The position numbers and the translations under genes are program-made. The notes beneath the pieces are model-generated. The model did not search any database, was not told the DNA's origin, and saw only the letters and a list, made by a program, of their open reading frames with translations. Below are positions 8,939 through 19,097 of a stretch of 56,448 nt of DNA, piece by piece. Source of the stretch: a virus (taxonomy: Duplodnaviria > Caudoviricetes); IMG/VR virus record IMGVR_UViG_3300030098_000047, positions 1 to 56,448 of that record; one strand, given 5' to 3'. Each line of letters begins with the position of its first letter. Within the stretch, counting starts at the first letter, position 1.

Positions 8939-9196
8939 TTGCATATGAAATTTTTATCTCGAAAACAACGTGGTCTTGGTAAATATGACGCACCATTAAA
9001 ATACCAACACGAAAAAGGTTATCACGATTTTAAACATGGGCGAGTGTTTAATCCATTCCATAAAGATACTATGCAACATAGGGAATGGTCACGTGGGTTT
9101 AATAAAGCCTACTTTGAGCAATTAAAAAAGGTAAAGCAGTATGAATATAAAGCAAGAAGCAGAGCAGTTTCTGAAGGACAAGTACGACATGGTTGA
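8939..9196 (+). CDS. Small protein with a ribosome modulation factor (RMF)-like motif
   Basis: HEKGYHDFKHGRVFNPF...REWSRGF parallels the RMF pattern GY..G..G...CPY....WLGGW. Confidence 0.45.
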   Translation: MHMKFLSRKQRGLGKYDAPLKYQHEKGYHDFKHGRVFNPFHKDTMQHREWSRGFNKAYFEQLKKVKQYEYKARSRAVSEGQVRHG

Positions 9197-9518
9197 TTTT
9201 AATTCATATCAAAGATCAGCATCTAGTACAGCAATTTATCCTGATCAACATAAGATTATCTATCCTGCGTTGGGTATGGCAGGTGAGGCAGGTGAGGTAG
9301 CCAACAAGGTAAAGAAACTTATTCGTGATGGACTAGACAATAGACCTGACACATGGCGAGAGGACATAGCCAGTGAGATAGGAGATGTACTGTGGTACTG
9401 CGCTGCACTGGCTGACGATCTTAACTTAACGTTGGGTATGATAGCCGCACAGAACTTAAACAAATTACAGAAGCGTAAAGCCAAGGGAACAATAGGTGGG
9501 AGTGGAGACATTAGATAA
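9141..9518 (+). CDS. mazG: MazG-like NTP pyrophosphohydrolase
   Basis: YPALGMAGEAGEVANKVKK..EIGDVLWY..NLNKLQKR..GSGD.R. Confidence 0.9.
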   Translation: MNIKQEAEQFLKDKYDMVDFNSYQRSASSTAIYPDQHKIIYPALGMAGEAGEVANKVKKLIRDGLDNRPDTWREDIASEIGDVLWYCAALADDLNLTLGMIAAQNLNKLQKRKAKGTIGGSGDIR

Positions 9519-9550
9519 AAAAAGAGGGGGCTGTTTGCCCCCTTTGTTTT
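9517..9550. terminator. Bidirectional rho-independent terminator
   Basis: A-run, GGGGGC-tgttt-GCCCCC stem, then a T-rich tract, exactly where the two arms converge. Confidence 0.85.
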
Positions 9551-9551
9551 G

Positions 9552-12500
9552 TTATAATCTCTCTTGAAGAAATGTAGCTATCTGAGTTAGTGTTTCTAAA
9601 ACCATCGTAGATTTTTCTTCATCTTCTCCTGTTATCTCTGGGTACTCCCCAAACCTAGCCTCATATTCTTGCACTGCCAGTTTTTGAAAATTAGACTTTA
9701 GTTTACGGAACTCCATGACAGCCATTACATAAGGGGTTGTCTGAGAATAACCAGTATCTTTTAACAAAGCTTTTACTTCTTTGACTTGTCCTTCTACAAA
9801 TGCCCTTACATAATTATTTGTAAATTTATCTTCAGATATTTTTCTTCTATATAAGTCTGGGTTTTCCATAGGAGTTCCGTCTGGAAGCAAACCATTTTTA
9901 TAACCTTCTCTTATACTTTCCTCAAACACTTTGGCAGCTTCTGTTATCATAGGAAGTTGTTCTAATAAAATAGAGTTCTCAAAATTTTCTATAGATGGTA
10001 CTTTACTTTTACTAGCCAAGTCATAGCTATCAAAACCCATTGCCTTTAGATACTCTGCATACTCAGCGTCAGCAGTTCTTTGACCTAAACCAAATAGTAA
10101 TCTCTGCATGGGTCTTACACGTCTGGACTCAGGATCAAATATATCTACCCTGCTAGGTACGTCAGACTCCTCTTCAGGTGTTACGTTTATACCTCTGTTA
10201 CCTAACGCATACTTCTTTGTGGTTTTTAAAAACGTTTCAAACCCACCAAGGCTAGGGTCAGGTCTATGATCTAGGTAGTCTAAAGAACGAGAACCATATG
10301 CTCTCTGTGCCTCTATAGCCTGTCCAAATGGAATCATCCATGTACCAAGATATTCTCCTAATGCTCTACCTAATGCTCTACCTAGATTTTCTCCTGCCAT
10401 AATATCAGAGCCACCATCTATTATAGCTGCAACCTCATCTAGAATAACATGACCTGAACCTCTTCTAAAGTTTGACCCAGTAAAGGTTTCTATAAACTCA
10501 CGTGCATCAAAGAAATCACTGAACGTTCCTTTTTCTATTTGTCTTGTAGCCTCTCCCAAGTACATATATTGTGACAGAGGAAACTGAGGTTTAATATCTA
10601 GCACTACCCTCGTACCATCTTCTTCCGTTCCTGTGTACACCTCATTAAAACTATCAGGTACATCTCCTGCAAATCCTGACCTGTATTGATATGCTGCACC
10701 TACGGTAGCCATAGACATGAGAGCATCAGACATTGCTTGCTGTAGTGACTCTGGATCTTCTTCATCCTCTGTTAATGCACTGAGTGCAGCTAACCCTGTA
10801 CCACCACCGCCTAATACTCCTACAATATTACGACTAATTCTTTGTCTGTCTTTTGTTGTAAGTGGACCTCTATACTTTTGATCTACTAAACCCATTACCT
10901 TTCTGGTAATTACTGGTATACTACCACCTGCATATTGACCCATGAGTTCCATAGAGTTAAACATAAATCTAGGAAACGGTATGGCTACAGTTAAACCATT
11001 ACGTGTTATAAAACTAGATATGTTTCTAAACAGAGGAACGTCTGGTGTCTTTGCATAGGTAACATCTAACGACTTTGTTACTGACTCATCAATTAAATCA
11101 ATAAAACTTCTAGCGTTTTCAGGCTTTACATCAGAAGCATCATTCATTAATGATCTTAATTTACCCTGTTGTAAAGCGTCAAATAAATCCATGTCGTACT
11201 CACGTCTTACTAGTCTCTCTAATTCACCTAAAAATGTAGCACGTCTTACTAAAAATTCTTGCCAACGGTTAGGCATATTTAATGCTTGTACAACGTCTTC
11301 AGTTCCACTTAGTATTTTATCTATTACAGTACCGCTTCCTCTACCTTGAGCCATTTGAATTTCGTTAAGGTTGTCAAACATCCTGCTAAATTGTGTGTCA
11401 AACTCTGGTCTATCTAGTATTAAATCTACAAACCCTGCAACTTCATCTGGTCTACCATTAAACATATATTTGTGTACATTAAAACTATCTTTCCAGTTTT
11501 GTGGGCTTATCAAAGATAGAGCACCTGCACCATAGCCTTTGTTGGATACGTTCCATAGTGCAGTGTCAAAAACATTTGCTAAAGATTCCAAAGGACTACG
11601 GACAACAGCAGACTCTAAGTTACGTGCAGCAGTAGCAAGTTGTGATACAAGTAACCCTCTTCTTATACCTTCTAGTCTTACAACAAACTTACGAAAGTCT
11701 CCTTGTGCCTCTGCCATTGCCTTTACTATAGCGTCATCTTTTTCAGACATAGGGCGTACACGTTTAATACGTGACAGTCTCTCTAGAACTCTACCTGCGT
11801 CAGACCCAGACCCAACTACAGACAATACGTAATCCTCAAATGATAGACCATACTTATCTAAATCGTCTATTAAATCTTGACCGTCAAGCTCAATGTCTTT
11901 TGAAACTGTTAGCCTAAATAAATTGTCTATGACTGTATCTGACTCATCCCAGTCGTTTTTAAATTTTCTTTTGTAGTCACTTGCTATGGCTACTATACCA
12001 TCCAACTTTTCTGGTTTTAATATAGGTATGGTTATTTCGTCACCACCAACCGCAAGCTCTGCAAACTCACTCATTTTAATATCTGCTGAACCAGTGGCTA
12101 TCTGTCTTCTACTTGTTCTCTCAGCGTCAGCAATTCGTTGTGTAGTTTGTTTACCCACCTCTCTTGCTTTCTTTGTGTCTAACACAAGCACACCATCAAC
12201 TACTTTTGATATACTTACCTCTTCACCTGCCCTGTCACTTAGCTTCTTTTCAGTTTGCAGTATCATGTCTTCCATCATGTCAGCATTTTCTGCTGCTACT
12301 TGTGCCGCTAAGTTTTGTTTGTCTGCTGTAGCTTCACGTGTTGCCATCTCTGCACGTTCAGGACTCATACGCTCTGCACGTTTTAATTGTTTCTGTTCTT
12401 TCTTATATGTTTTAGCAAGTCCTGCTGCTGCACGTTTTGGTGCTAATGAATATGCAACATTTATAGCTGACGTAACCCTACCCAATGCAGGTATCGTTTC

Positions 12501-13340
12501 ACTAAACTCAAAAAACGCACCCATATTACCTGCTATTCTATCTGCTAACTCTTCTTCATTCCTAGCAGAACCAAGCCTACCACTCATAGCTTTATTTATA
12601 CCCTTATAAAGAAACCTTCCGAACATAGGTATATAACCTTCACCCTGATCATTTAAAATTGTAAGACCTTCTTCAATACCATCTACTGTACCACTAGTTA
12701 TATAAGACATGGCCCTACCTACACCTAGTAACTTACGGAAGTTGTCTGCGTCACCATCTATTTTGTTTGCTATCCATATATCTAATGCACCGTATGCTTG
12801 ATATCCACTATTAAAATCTTTACGCATTTGTGCGGCTGCATCTGCTCCTGCCTGTGCCATATTTTTATCGTCCTCTATGGCGGCTTGTGCTTTTGTCATG
12901 TCATATTTTTTTTCAAACTCTTCATCTGACATATTCTCTATATCATTAGTAGTCTGATAAATTTGATCAAACAAATTCTCTGACTTTTCAACACGTGTTA
13001 TATCCTCTTCTGCACTAGGTAATAACGCTTGTTCTGTCTGTTTTTTAAGATCATCTTGAGCCACTCTCTCTTCTATCGGAACAAGTTGCATGGCTAAAGC
13101 CTCATCATCTGTGGCATCTTTAGGGATAACTATAGGTTCTAAAATTCTTTTTTCAGTAGGTTGATCTTGAATAACTGGATTAGGATTTACAGACTCAACT
13201 TCTTTTGACCGTATTAAATTCAATAAACTATTCTGTTCTACTTTAGGTTTTGGTTTTTCAATGTCAATAAGGGGAACAGATGCCTCTGAACCCCTTTCTT
13301 TTGATTGAATTAATTCTAAGATACTTTGCTGATCTGCCAT
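9552..13340 (-). CDS. Large internal virion/ejection protein (putative)
   Basis: 1262 aa, helical, last gene of the structural arm, where podoviruses place ejectosome proteins. Confidence 0.6.
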   Translation of the reverse strand: MADQQSILELIQSKERGSEASVPLIDIEKPKPKVEQNSLLNLIRSKEVESVNPNPVIQDQPTEKRILEPIVIPKDATDDEALAMQLVPIEERVAQDDLKKQTEQALLPSAEEDITRVEKSENLFDQIYQTTNDIENMSDEEFEKKYDMTKAQAAIEDDKNMAQAGADAAAQMRKDFNSGYQAYGALDIWIANKIDGDADNFRKLLGVGRAMSYITSGTVDGIEEGLTILNDQGEGYIPMFGRFLYKGINKAMSGRLGSARNEEELADRIAGNMGAFFEFSETIPALGRVTSAINVAYSLAPKRAAAGLAKTYKKEQKQLKRAERMSPERAEMATREATADKQNLAAQVAAENADMMEDMILQTEKKLSDRAGEEVSISKVVDGVLVLDTKKAREVGKQTTQRIADAERTSRRQIATGSADIKMSEFAELAVGGDEITIPILKPEKLDGIVAIASDYKRKFKNDWDESDTVIDNLFRLTVSKDIELDGQDLIDDLDKYGLSFEDYVLSVVGSGSDAGRVLERLSRIKRVRPMSEKDDAIVKAMAEAQGDFRKFVVRLEGIRRGLLVSQLATAARNLESAVVRSPLESLANVFDTALWNVSNKGYGAGALSLISPQNWKDSFNVHKYMFNGRPDEVAGFVDLILDRPEFDTQFSRMFDNLNEIQMAQGRGSGTVIDKILSGTEDVVQALNMPNRWQEFLVRRATFLGELERLVRREYDMDLFDALQQGKLRSLMNDASDVKPENARSFIDLIDESVTKSLDVTYAKTPDVPLFRNISSFITRNGLTVAIPFPRFMFNSMELMGQYAGGSIPVITRKVMGLVDQKYRGPLTTKDRQRISRNIVGVLGGGGTGLAALSALTEDEEDPESLQQAMSDALMSMATVGAAYQYRSGFAGDVPDSFNEVYTGTEEDGTRVVLDIKPQFPLSQYMYLGEATRQIEKGTFSDFFDAREFIETFTGSNFRRGSGHVILDEVAAIIDGGSDIMAGENLGRALGRALGEYLGTWMIPFGQAIEAQRAYGSRSLDYLDHRPDPSLGGFETFLKTTKKYALGNRGINVTPEEESDVPSRVDIFDPESRRVRPMQRLLFGLGQRTADAEYAEYLKAMGFDSYDLASKSKVPSIENFENSILLEQLPMITEAAKVFEESIREGYKNGLLPDGTPMENPDLYRRKISEDKFTNNYVRAFVEGQVKEVKALLKDTGYSQTTPYVMAVMEFRKLKSNFQKLAVQEYEARFGEYPEITGEDEEKSTMVLETLTQIATFLQERL

Positions 13341-13341
13341 A

Positions 13342-14430
13342 TTAGTTTATACCTACAATTATGTCATTACCTTCTATACCTGTATACACAAATATCTGTA
13401 GTTGCCCATTATCATCTGTATACTGAACCACATCTCCTGCTTTGTACTCTCCCTTTTCTATGTTTGCACTAAACTCAGTTGCACTGGATGCTACCTTAAC
13501 AGATGTTTGCGTTTGTGGATTTTTAGCATAGGAGTTAGATTGGTTTAATGCATACTGCCTTAATTCTTCCATAGCTTCTTGTCGCTTGTACGCAATTTTA
13601 TCTGTCATCAAAGCGTCATTTAAATTTCCATATGTACCTTGTAGCTCATTTACTGTTTGCAGTAAAGCAACACCGTACCTACCCTCGTCACCTGACATTC
13701 TTTTTTCAAGACCAGTTTTAAAATCTACCTGTATTTTTAGTTTACTCATTTTCCTACGCTGCACAGAGTTTACCACAGGCTCAATTGTATTTACATCAAA
13801 AGAAGGTGTAACTGTACCGTCCTTTTTTAACTCTGCCTGTTTTAATTCAGATAGGTCTTTTAAATACTGTTGTCTTTTCTCTTCTAAAGCTGCCCATTCT
13901 TTTGAAGACGGATCAAGATCTCCTTGTTCTTGACTTATTCTAGATATTGCTGCCCCATAAGAACCGTCAACCTTTTTTGGTTTTTCATAAAGGTCAGCTA
14001 CCATATCAGGATCAAAACCTGCAACACCAGTAGATATCTTTTTAGTTGTGCCTGTTATACCTGTTATCTCAGTCTCTAAAGCGTCCATGTTTTCTGGTGA
14101 ATTATCCGCAAGTTTGTAGTAGGTATTAATATCACCACCAACCTCACTAACTTTTTCAGCTACAGCTAACGATCTTTCAACGGCATAATCGCCTTGCATT
14201 GCTATTTGTGCAGCACGTTGATCATCAAATCCTATAAATTTTAATGACTTTATTTTATTTTGTAAATCTAAGTCTTTTAGTTTTCTTTCTTTTTCTATTT
14301 CTTTACTACTAAGTATGTCTTGTTTTTCTTTAAACAAACCTAGCTGTTGATCATACGCTTCATCTGCCTCAATGTCAGATACTATCTGACGTGACATACC
14401 ACCAATAAATGCACCAAGATTAAAACCCAT
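13342..14430 (-). CDS. Putative internal virion protein
   Basis: N-terminal MGFNLGAFIGG followed by coiled coil; position in the ejection-protein block. Confidence 0.55.
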   Translation of the reverse strand: MGFNLGAFIGGMSRQIVSDIEADEAYDQQLGLFKEKQDILSSKEIEKERKLKDLDLQNKIKSLKFIGFDDQRAAQIAMQGDYAVERSLAVAEKVSEVGGDINTYYKLADNSPENMDALETEITGITGTTKKISTGVAGFDPDMVADLYEKPKKVDGSYGAAISRISQEQGDLDPSSKEWAALEEKRQQYLKDLSELKQAELKKDGTVTPSFDVNTIEPVVNSVQRRKMSKLKIQVDFKTGLEKRMSGDEGRYGVALLQTVNELQGTYGNLNDALMTDKIAYKRQEAMEELRQYALNQSNSYAKNPQTQTSVKVASSATEFSANIEKGEYKAGDVVQYTDDNGQLQIFVYTGIEGNDIIVGIN

Positions 14431-14933
14431 TATACTGTTCTCCTAGACATCAACCCACCCATAGGTTCTTCTACTATTTCTTCTTCAGGCTCTTCTTCAG
14501 GTTTCTTTTCAGGTTCACCTTCTTTAGCCTTTAGTTTTTTAAGAGCTAGTTGAACTGCAACCCCTGAAGGGCTGTCATCTACCTCTACATCAGTTCCCAT
14601 ATTATACTCTATACCTCTTTGCTCTGCAAGATAAGCAAGCATTTCCATGATTACAGGCATAACTAATATACCCACATCTAAATTATGAGTGCCTTGCATA
14701 ACTGCACCTTGCTGTAAAGCGTTAGCAATTGTAGTTAAAGGTAAACCCATCTCTATTACATTCATTAATTCGTTCTGTAATGTAGGTTCAGTTAATCTAG
14801 GAAGATAAAATTCTAATGTTTCTTCTACAGTTGTATACTGAGGTGGTTGCTCCCAAGGCCATCCACCTACCTCTGAGGTAAGAGACTGACCTGCAATTGG
14901 TGCATCTATAAATGCTTCGGGTAAATCAGACAT
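14430..14933 (-). CDS. Hypothetical virion-associated protein
   Basis: DAPIAGQSLT..WPWEQPP; C-terminal GGLMSRR. Confidence 0.75.
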   Translation of the reverse strand: MSDLPEAFIDAPIAGQSLTSEVGGWPWEQPPQYTTVEETLEFYLPRLTEPTLQNELMNVIEMGLPLTTIANALQQGAVMQGTHNLDVGILVMPVIMEMLAYLAEQRGIEYNMGTDVEVDDSPSGVAVQLALKKLKAKEGEPEKKPEEEPEEEIVEEPMGGLMSRRTV

Positions 14934-15111
14934 CTTTTAATCCTTGTCTTGCTTTGCGTAGTTCCGCAACATACATAGCCACTCTTCTACGAGGTTCTAA
15001 ATTTTCTGTATCTGTTCTGTCAGAAACATTCCTAGCTAACAAACCACCACCTTTAGTAATAGGTTTTGGTTTAACCATCTCTAAATTTTTATATGCTAAT
15101 TTTGCTTCCAT
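14926..15111 (-). CDS. Small hypothetical protein
   Basis: Coupled ORF with CAGGA RBS; contains GGGLLAR. Confidence 0.65.
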   Translation of the reverse strand: MEAKLAYKNLEMVKPKPITKGGGLLARNVSDRTDTENLEPRRRVAMYVAELRKARQGLKDV

Positions 15112-15125
15112 TTTATTTTCCTGTA

Positions 15126-18100
15126 CTATATACCAAACAAACCACCTAATGCTGTTTTAGTTAAATCTGTAGTTAATATTTTACCAACTAAACTACCAAA
15201 ACCACTTGCAGAATTTGCGTCTGCTTTAAACTCTGCAACCTCCAAAGCTTGATCTTTTTGTATTTGAGCTATTGCAACTCTAGCATATCTGTCACGTTCA
15301 TTATCTGCAGATGTCCACGCCCAATGCATATTATCTTTATAAAACTGCCATAAATTATTATATGCAGTTTGTGAGTATCCTAATAAAGCTTGTGCATTTA
15401 CTTCATTAGAACGGTTAACAGCTGCTGTATCTGCTGTTGCTATCTGTCTACGCCACTGTGCATTGGCTTGATCAATAACTAAACGATTTTGTGCGTTGAA
15501 TTGATCACGTTGATTATTTATTTCAGTATTAAAACGTTCAATAGTATTAACCTGACCTGCATTAAATTGAGCCTGTGCATTTGCTTGTGCAGCATTAAAC
15601 TGTGCAGTTTGATTTTGCATATTAGCATAAAACTGATCAACTTGATTCTGTGAAGTTGCATTAAATTGTTGTGCAGAATTAAGTGCAGCCTGATCTGTAA
15701 ACAAAGACTGTATACGTTGTTGCGCCTTAAATAATTCTGTAGACTGTTTATTATTTAGGTTACTTAAATCAGCTTGCAAAAAGTTCTGTGCATTTTGTAC
15801 TGCTGCCTGTTGTCTATTGTTTAAATTAGACATATCTAAATTAGCAAGCGCAGCAGCTTCAGCCAACACCATAGCCTGTGAGTTAGACAGGTTGGTAAGA
15901 TTCATAGTGTTTGCAATACGTGAGTTCTCTAATGCCACCTGTTGTTCGGCAGTAAAGTTCATGTTTGCAATGTCAGCAATACGTGCTGCATTAGCCACAC
16001 GTGACTGAAAGGCTTGATCAAACTCTTGACCTATAAATTTAGCACGTTGCTGTGCGGCAAGTATCTGTTTTTGTTGTCTGTTAGATAGATTTTGTGCCTC
16101 AAACCGAGCTTGTGTAGATGCATCTATCTGTGCAATAGGCAATGCAGACTCCATAGCGGCCTGTACAATAGCCTGACCTGCTATGGATGAAGCACCAAGA
16201 CCTCTAGAAATCATGGCATTAGTAGCTGCTCTCATTGATCCTGCTGCCCATGCAGGTGTATTACCACCTTCAAACTGTTGTAGCAATCCTTCTAGTTGAC
16301 CTGCTACTGTAGCTTGTTTACTTGGTTCTGCAGTTGCTGCCTCTAGCTCTTCAGCAAATTTAGCTGCAGTCTCCGCATTAGCTGCACCCGATATAATTTC
16401 ACCGTCCTCTACTTTTCTTTGTACAGGATTAGACATTAATATCTCTTTACCTTGTGCAGCTTTTATATCTGACACAGAGCTTGTAGCTTGCTGCGCTGCA
16501 TCTATCATAGATACTTGACCTATTTGTGCAGCTTGTGTCTGATCTGCTGCTGCACGAATAGCACCAGACGCCTCTATAGGCGACATCAGTGCTGCTGTTT
16601 GTGCAGTAGGTAAGATAGCTTGTTCAGTTGCTGCAATGCTTGTAGGTAAGGCAGAAGCACCAGTTACTTGTCCTGAATATGGAGATACAAGCTGACCTTT
16701 CTCAAGTTGTGTACCAACAGGAACTACAGTTGCACCTGCAGGTAATCCAGGTGTCTTAGCTAGTGCCACTTGCACTCCAGTAAGATCTTTTCCTACAAAA
16801 CTAGGTTGCTGTGGTATATACTGTTGAGCAAGAGCACGTGCATCATACTGCTGTAAATCTACGGTTGTAGACTCTGGCGTACCACCATTAGCAAACTTTT
16901 GTACCATACCACCCTCTGCCATTTGTTTAGCTCTCATGGTATAGTTGTCCATCTTTTGTTTTTTATCAGGGTTATCATTTAAAAATTGATCAAAGCCACC
17001 CATGTCTTCATTATACCCAAGACTACTTGCTATACGTTGCATGGACTCTGGTTTAAATCCTCCAAACACACTAGCTGACTGCACAGGCGTTGTGGGTGGC
17101 ATCATAGCTCCACCTTGATTCATAAATACAGGTCTAAATCCTGTAACTGGTGAAACTGTAGGTGGGGGTGTAGGTGCAGCAACTGGAGTAAAAGGCAATT
17201 GACCTACAGGTTGTTCACCTACTGGATAAAAACCAGATGGAATTGGTGTTGTAGGTTGACCATTTACAAATGTAATACTAGTGGTCATTCCTGTATCATT
17301 ACGAAACATACGTACATCATACTGTGACGGTTGTGAAACTGTAGGTTGAGCTGTGGTAAATCCAAAAGTAGGTGCTTGTGAAGGTTGTACACCCAACATA
17401 CTTGTTGTTACAGGTTTAGTAAATGTGCCTGTCATAGGGGGAACTACAACTGGTGCAGTAACACTTGGAACAGTAGGGGTAACAGGTGTAGGTATGCTTG
17501 GTGTAGTTACAACTGGTGGAGTAAAAACTGCAGATGTTGGTGGTGTAGGTGTAGGTGTGCTGGGTGCAGCAGGTGTAGGCGTAGTTCCTACATCAGGAGT
17601 TGGTGTAGGCATAGGCATAGGAGTTGGTGTAGGTGCAGGTGTAGGAGTTGGTTTAGGAGCACTAGGTGCAGGTATATTTGCCTGTCCTGTTAATTTATTT
17701 AATAATTCTTGTGCTATTTCAAGATTTCCTGCAGCTTGTGCTGCTTTAATAGCAGCTATTTGTTGTTCAAAGTCTGCAGGTAAGGGTGCAGCAACTGCAG
17801 CCCCAACATCTTTTATTGATAACAAATTATTATTTGCATATGTATTTGCTTCTACTTCTAGTTCTTCTTTTGTTTTACCTTTTTGTGCAGAAAGAATTGA
17901 AGCATGTAAATCTGCTCCTTGTTTAACTACTGCAGCTTCTACACTAAATGGGTCAGATGATTTAGAAGATATACCTACTACAAATTTATTATAGTCATCT
18001 CTACTATTTATATTTACACCTGTACTTTTAGCATAGTTTAAATTAGCTTCAGCTATACCTTGTTGAACATTAACAATATCACCATTAGGAAAATATATAA

Positions 18101-18629
18101 TAGCCATACCGTTTCCCAATGAGGATAATCTCATTATGGGAGCACCTGCCTCTTTTGCAGCATTTTCACCGTTCAACATATTTGTAGGTACAGCATCTGT
18201 AGGAGAAGTATCCGATATAGGTGCAGGGATTGGTCCTTCATATTTTAAAGGCGTTATACCATCTGGCATCATGTATATACCGTTTTTTATAGTAACGCCT
18301 TCAAGAGCAGGACTACCTTCATTAAAAGCTTTATCTATATCGGGATTACTACCTACTGCTATAGTTGAACCTGTTATATTATCTGCAGGAGCAGGAGCAG
18401 GATCTGGTGTTGGAGCAGGAGCAGGATCTGGTGTTGGAGCAGGAGCAGGATCTGGTGTTGGGGTAGGAGCAGGTGTATAATCCACACCTAGTGCATGTCT
18501 TTCTTCAAATGTGTCACCTGCTTCATGGTCATAGACTTTACCTGCAGAACTTAAAAGAGTTCCGTCACCTCGGTCTTCCCAACCAAACTTGTCCATAAGT
18601 ACTTTTTCTACATTACTTAGTTCTGCCAT
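15126..18629 (-). CDS. Putative internal virion protein with Pro/Thr-rich linkers and a Gln/Asn/Ala-rich coiled-coil C-half
   Basis: 1167 aa with PAPTPD repeats, xxxGG motifs, QFNA repeats and a Gly/hydrophobic C-terminus. Confidence 0.65.
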   Translation of the reverse strand: MAELSNVEKVLMDKFGWEDRGDGTLLSSAGKVYDHEAGDTFEERHALGVDYTPAPTPTPDPAPAPTPDPAPAPTPDPAPAPADNITGSTIAVGSNPDIDKAFNEGSPALEGVTIKNGIYMMPDGITPLKYEGPIPAPISDTSPTDAVPTNMLNGENAAKEAGAPIMRLSSLGNGMAIIYFPNGDIVNVQQGIAEANLNYAKSTGVNINSRDDYNKFVVGISSKSSDPFSVEAAVVKQGADLHASILSAQKGKTKEELEVEANTYANNNLLSIKDVGAAVAAPLPADFEQQIAAIKAAQAAGNLEIAQELLNKLTGQANIPAPSAPKPTPTPAPTPTPMPMPTPTPDVGTTPTPAAPSTPTPTPPTSAVFTPPVVTTPSIPTPVTPTVPSVTAPVVVPPMTGTFTKPVTTSMLGVQPSQAPTFGFTTAQPTVSQPSQYDVRMFRNDTGMTTSITFVNGQPTTPIPSGFYPVGEQPVGQLPFTPVAAPTPPPTVSPVTGFRPVFMNQGGAMMPPTTPVQSASVFGGFKPESMQRIASSLGYNEDMGGFDQFLNDNPDKKQKMDNYTMRAKQMAEGGMVQKFANGGTPESTTVDLQQYDARALAQQYIPQQPSFVGKDLTGVQVALAKTPGLPAGATVVPVGTQLEKGQLVSPYSGQVTGASALPTSIAATEQAILPTAQTAALMSPIEASGAIRAAADQTQAAQIGQVSMIDAAQQATSSVSDIKAAQGKEILMSNPVQRKVEDGEIISGAANAETAAKFAEELEAATAEPSKQATVAGQLEGLLQQFEGGNTPAWAAGSMRAATNAMISRGLGASSIAGQAIVQAAMESALPIAQIDASTQARFEAQNLSNRQQKQILAAQQRAKFIGQEFDQAFQSRVANAARIADIANMNFTAEQQVALENSRIANTMNLTNLSNSQAMVLAEAAALANLDMSNLNNRQQAAVQNAQNFLQADLSNLNNKQSTELFKAQQRIQSLFTDQAALNSAQQFNATSQNQVDQFYANMQNQTAQFNAAQANAQAQFNAGQVNTIERFNTEINNQRDQFNAQNRLVIDQANAQWRRQIATADTAAVNRSNEVNAQALLGYSQTAYNNLWQFYKDNMHWAWTSADNERDRYARVAIAQIQKDQALEVAEFKADANSASGFGSLVGKILTTDLTKTALGGLFGI
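18388..18459. repeat. Tandem repeat, 24 bp x3 (encodes TPDPAPAP)
   Basis: GGAGCAGGAGCAGGATCTGGTGTT repeated exactly three times. Confidence 0.95.
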
Positions 18630-18639
18630 ATCTTATTCC

Positions 18640-18894
18640 TTATTTACCCATTGTCATCCACACTGCACCTGCAATAAATGTTAGCAGTGCGACAGTGGTT
18701 ACTTTTACTATTGTTGACCAAACAGATTTACGTGTATCTCTCCATGCCTCTAAAAGACTACGCATTTCTATGATATCTTTAGCTGCGTCATCATCAAGTA
18801 ACCCGATAGAGCGTAGTGCCTCTTTAGCACCACGTCTAGCTGCGTTGTCTAGCATCTCTTCTAGATCTTCAGGGGTAAGTTTGATGTCACTCAT
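18640..18894 (-). CDS. Small membrane protein (DUF6127-like)
   Basis: AARRGAKEALRSIGL.D..A..DI.EMRSLLEAWR plus a C-terminal TM helix. Confidence 0.7.
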   Translation of the reverse strand: MSDIKLTPEDLEEMLDNAARRGAKEALRSIGLLDDDAAKDIIEMRSLLEAWRDTRKSVWSTIVKVTTVALLTFIAGAVWMTMGK

Positions 18895-19096
18895 CTACAT
18901 TCTCTAGTGATTTAGATAGCATACTTATAAATGCTTCTCGTCCTACGCTTAGTTGATCAACGTTAAACTTAGCACTTTTTAATTTACGATCTAAGTCTTG
19001 TATATGGTTCAACATACTTCTTTGTTGATCTGTTAAGTCTTCTGCAAAATATTCTTTATTATTAACAATTACTGGGGTCTTTTTATCTTTTCCCAT
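18887..19096 (-). CDS. Small coiled-coil protein (possible tail assembly chaperone)
   Basis: NKEY..EDLTDQQ..NHIQDLDRK pattern typical of small genes following tail fibres. Confidence 0.65.
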   Translation of the reverse strand: MGKDKKTPVIVNNKEYFAEDLTDQQRSMLNHIQDLDRKLKSAKFNVDQLSVGREAFISMLSKSLENVDE

Positions 19097-19097
19097 T

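Noticed and set aside
11539-18480. Long + strand ORFs (e.g. 11986-12609, 17353-17994, 18136-18480)
   Set aside because: Antisense shadows of the virion genes caused by codon bias and low-complexity repeats.
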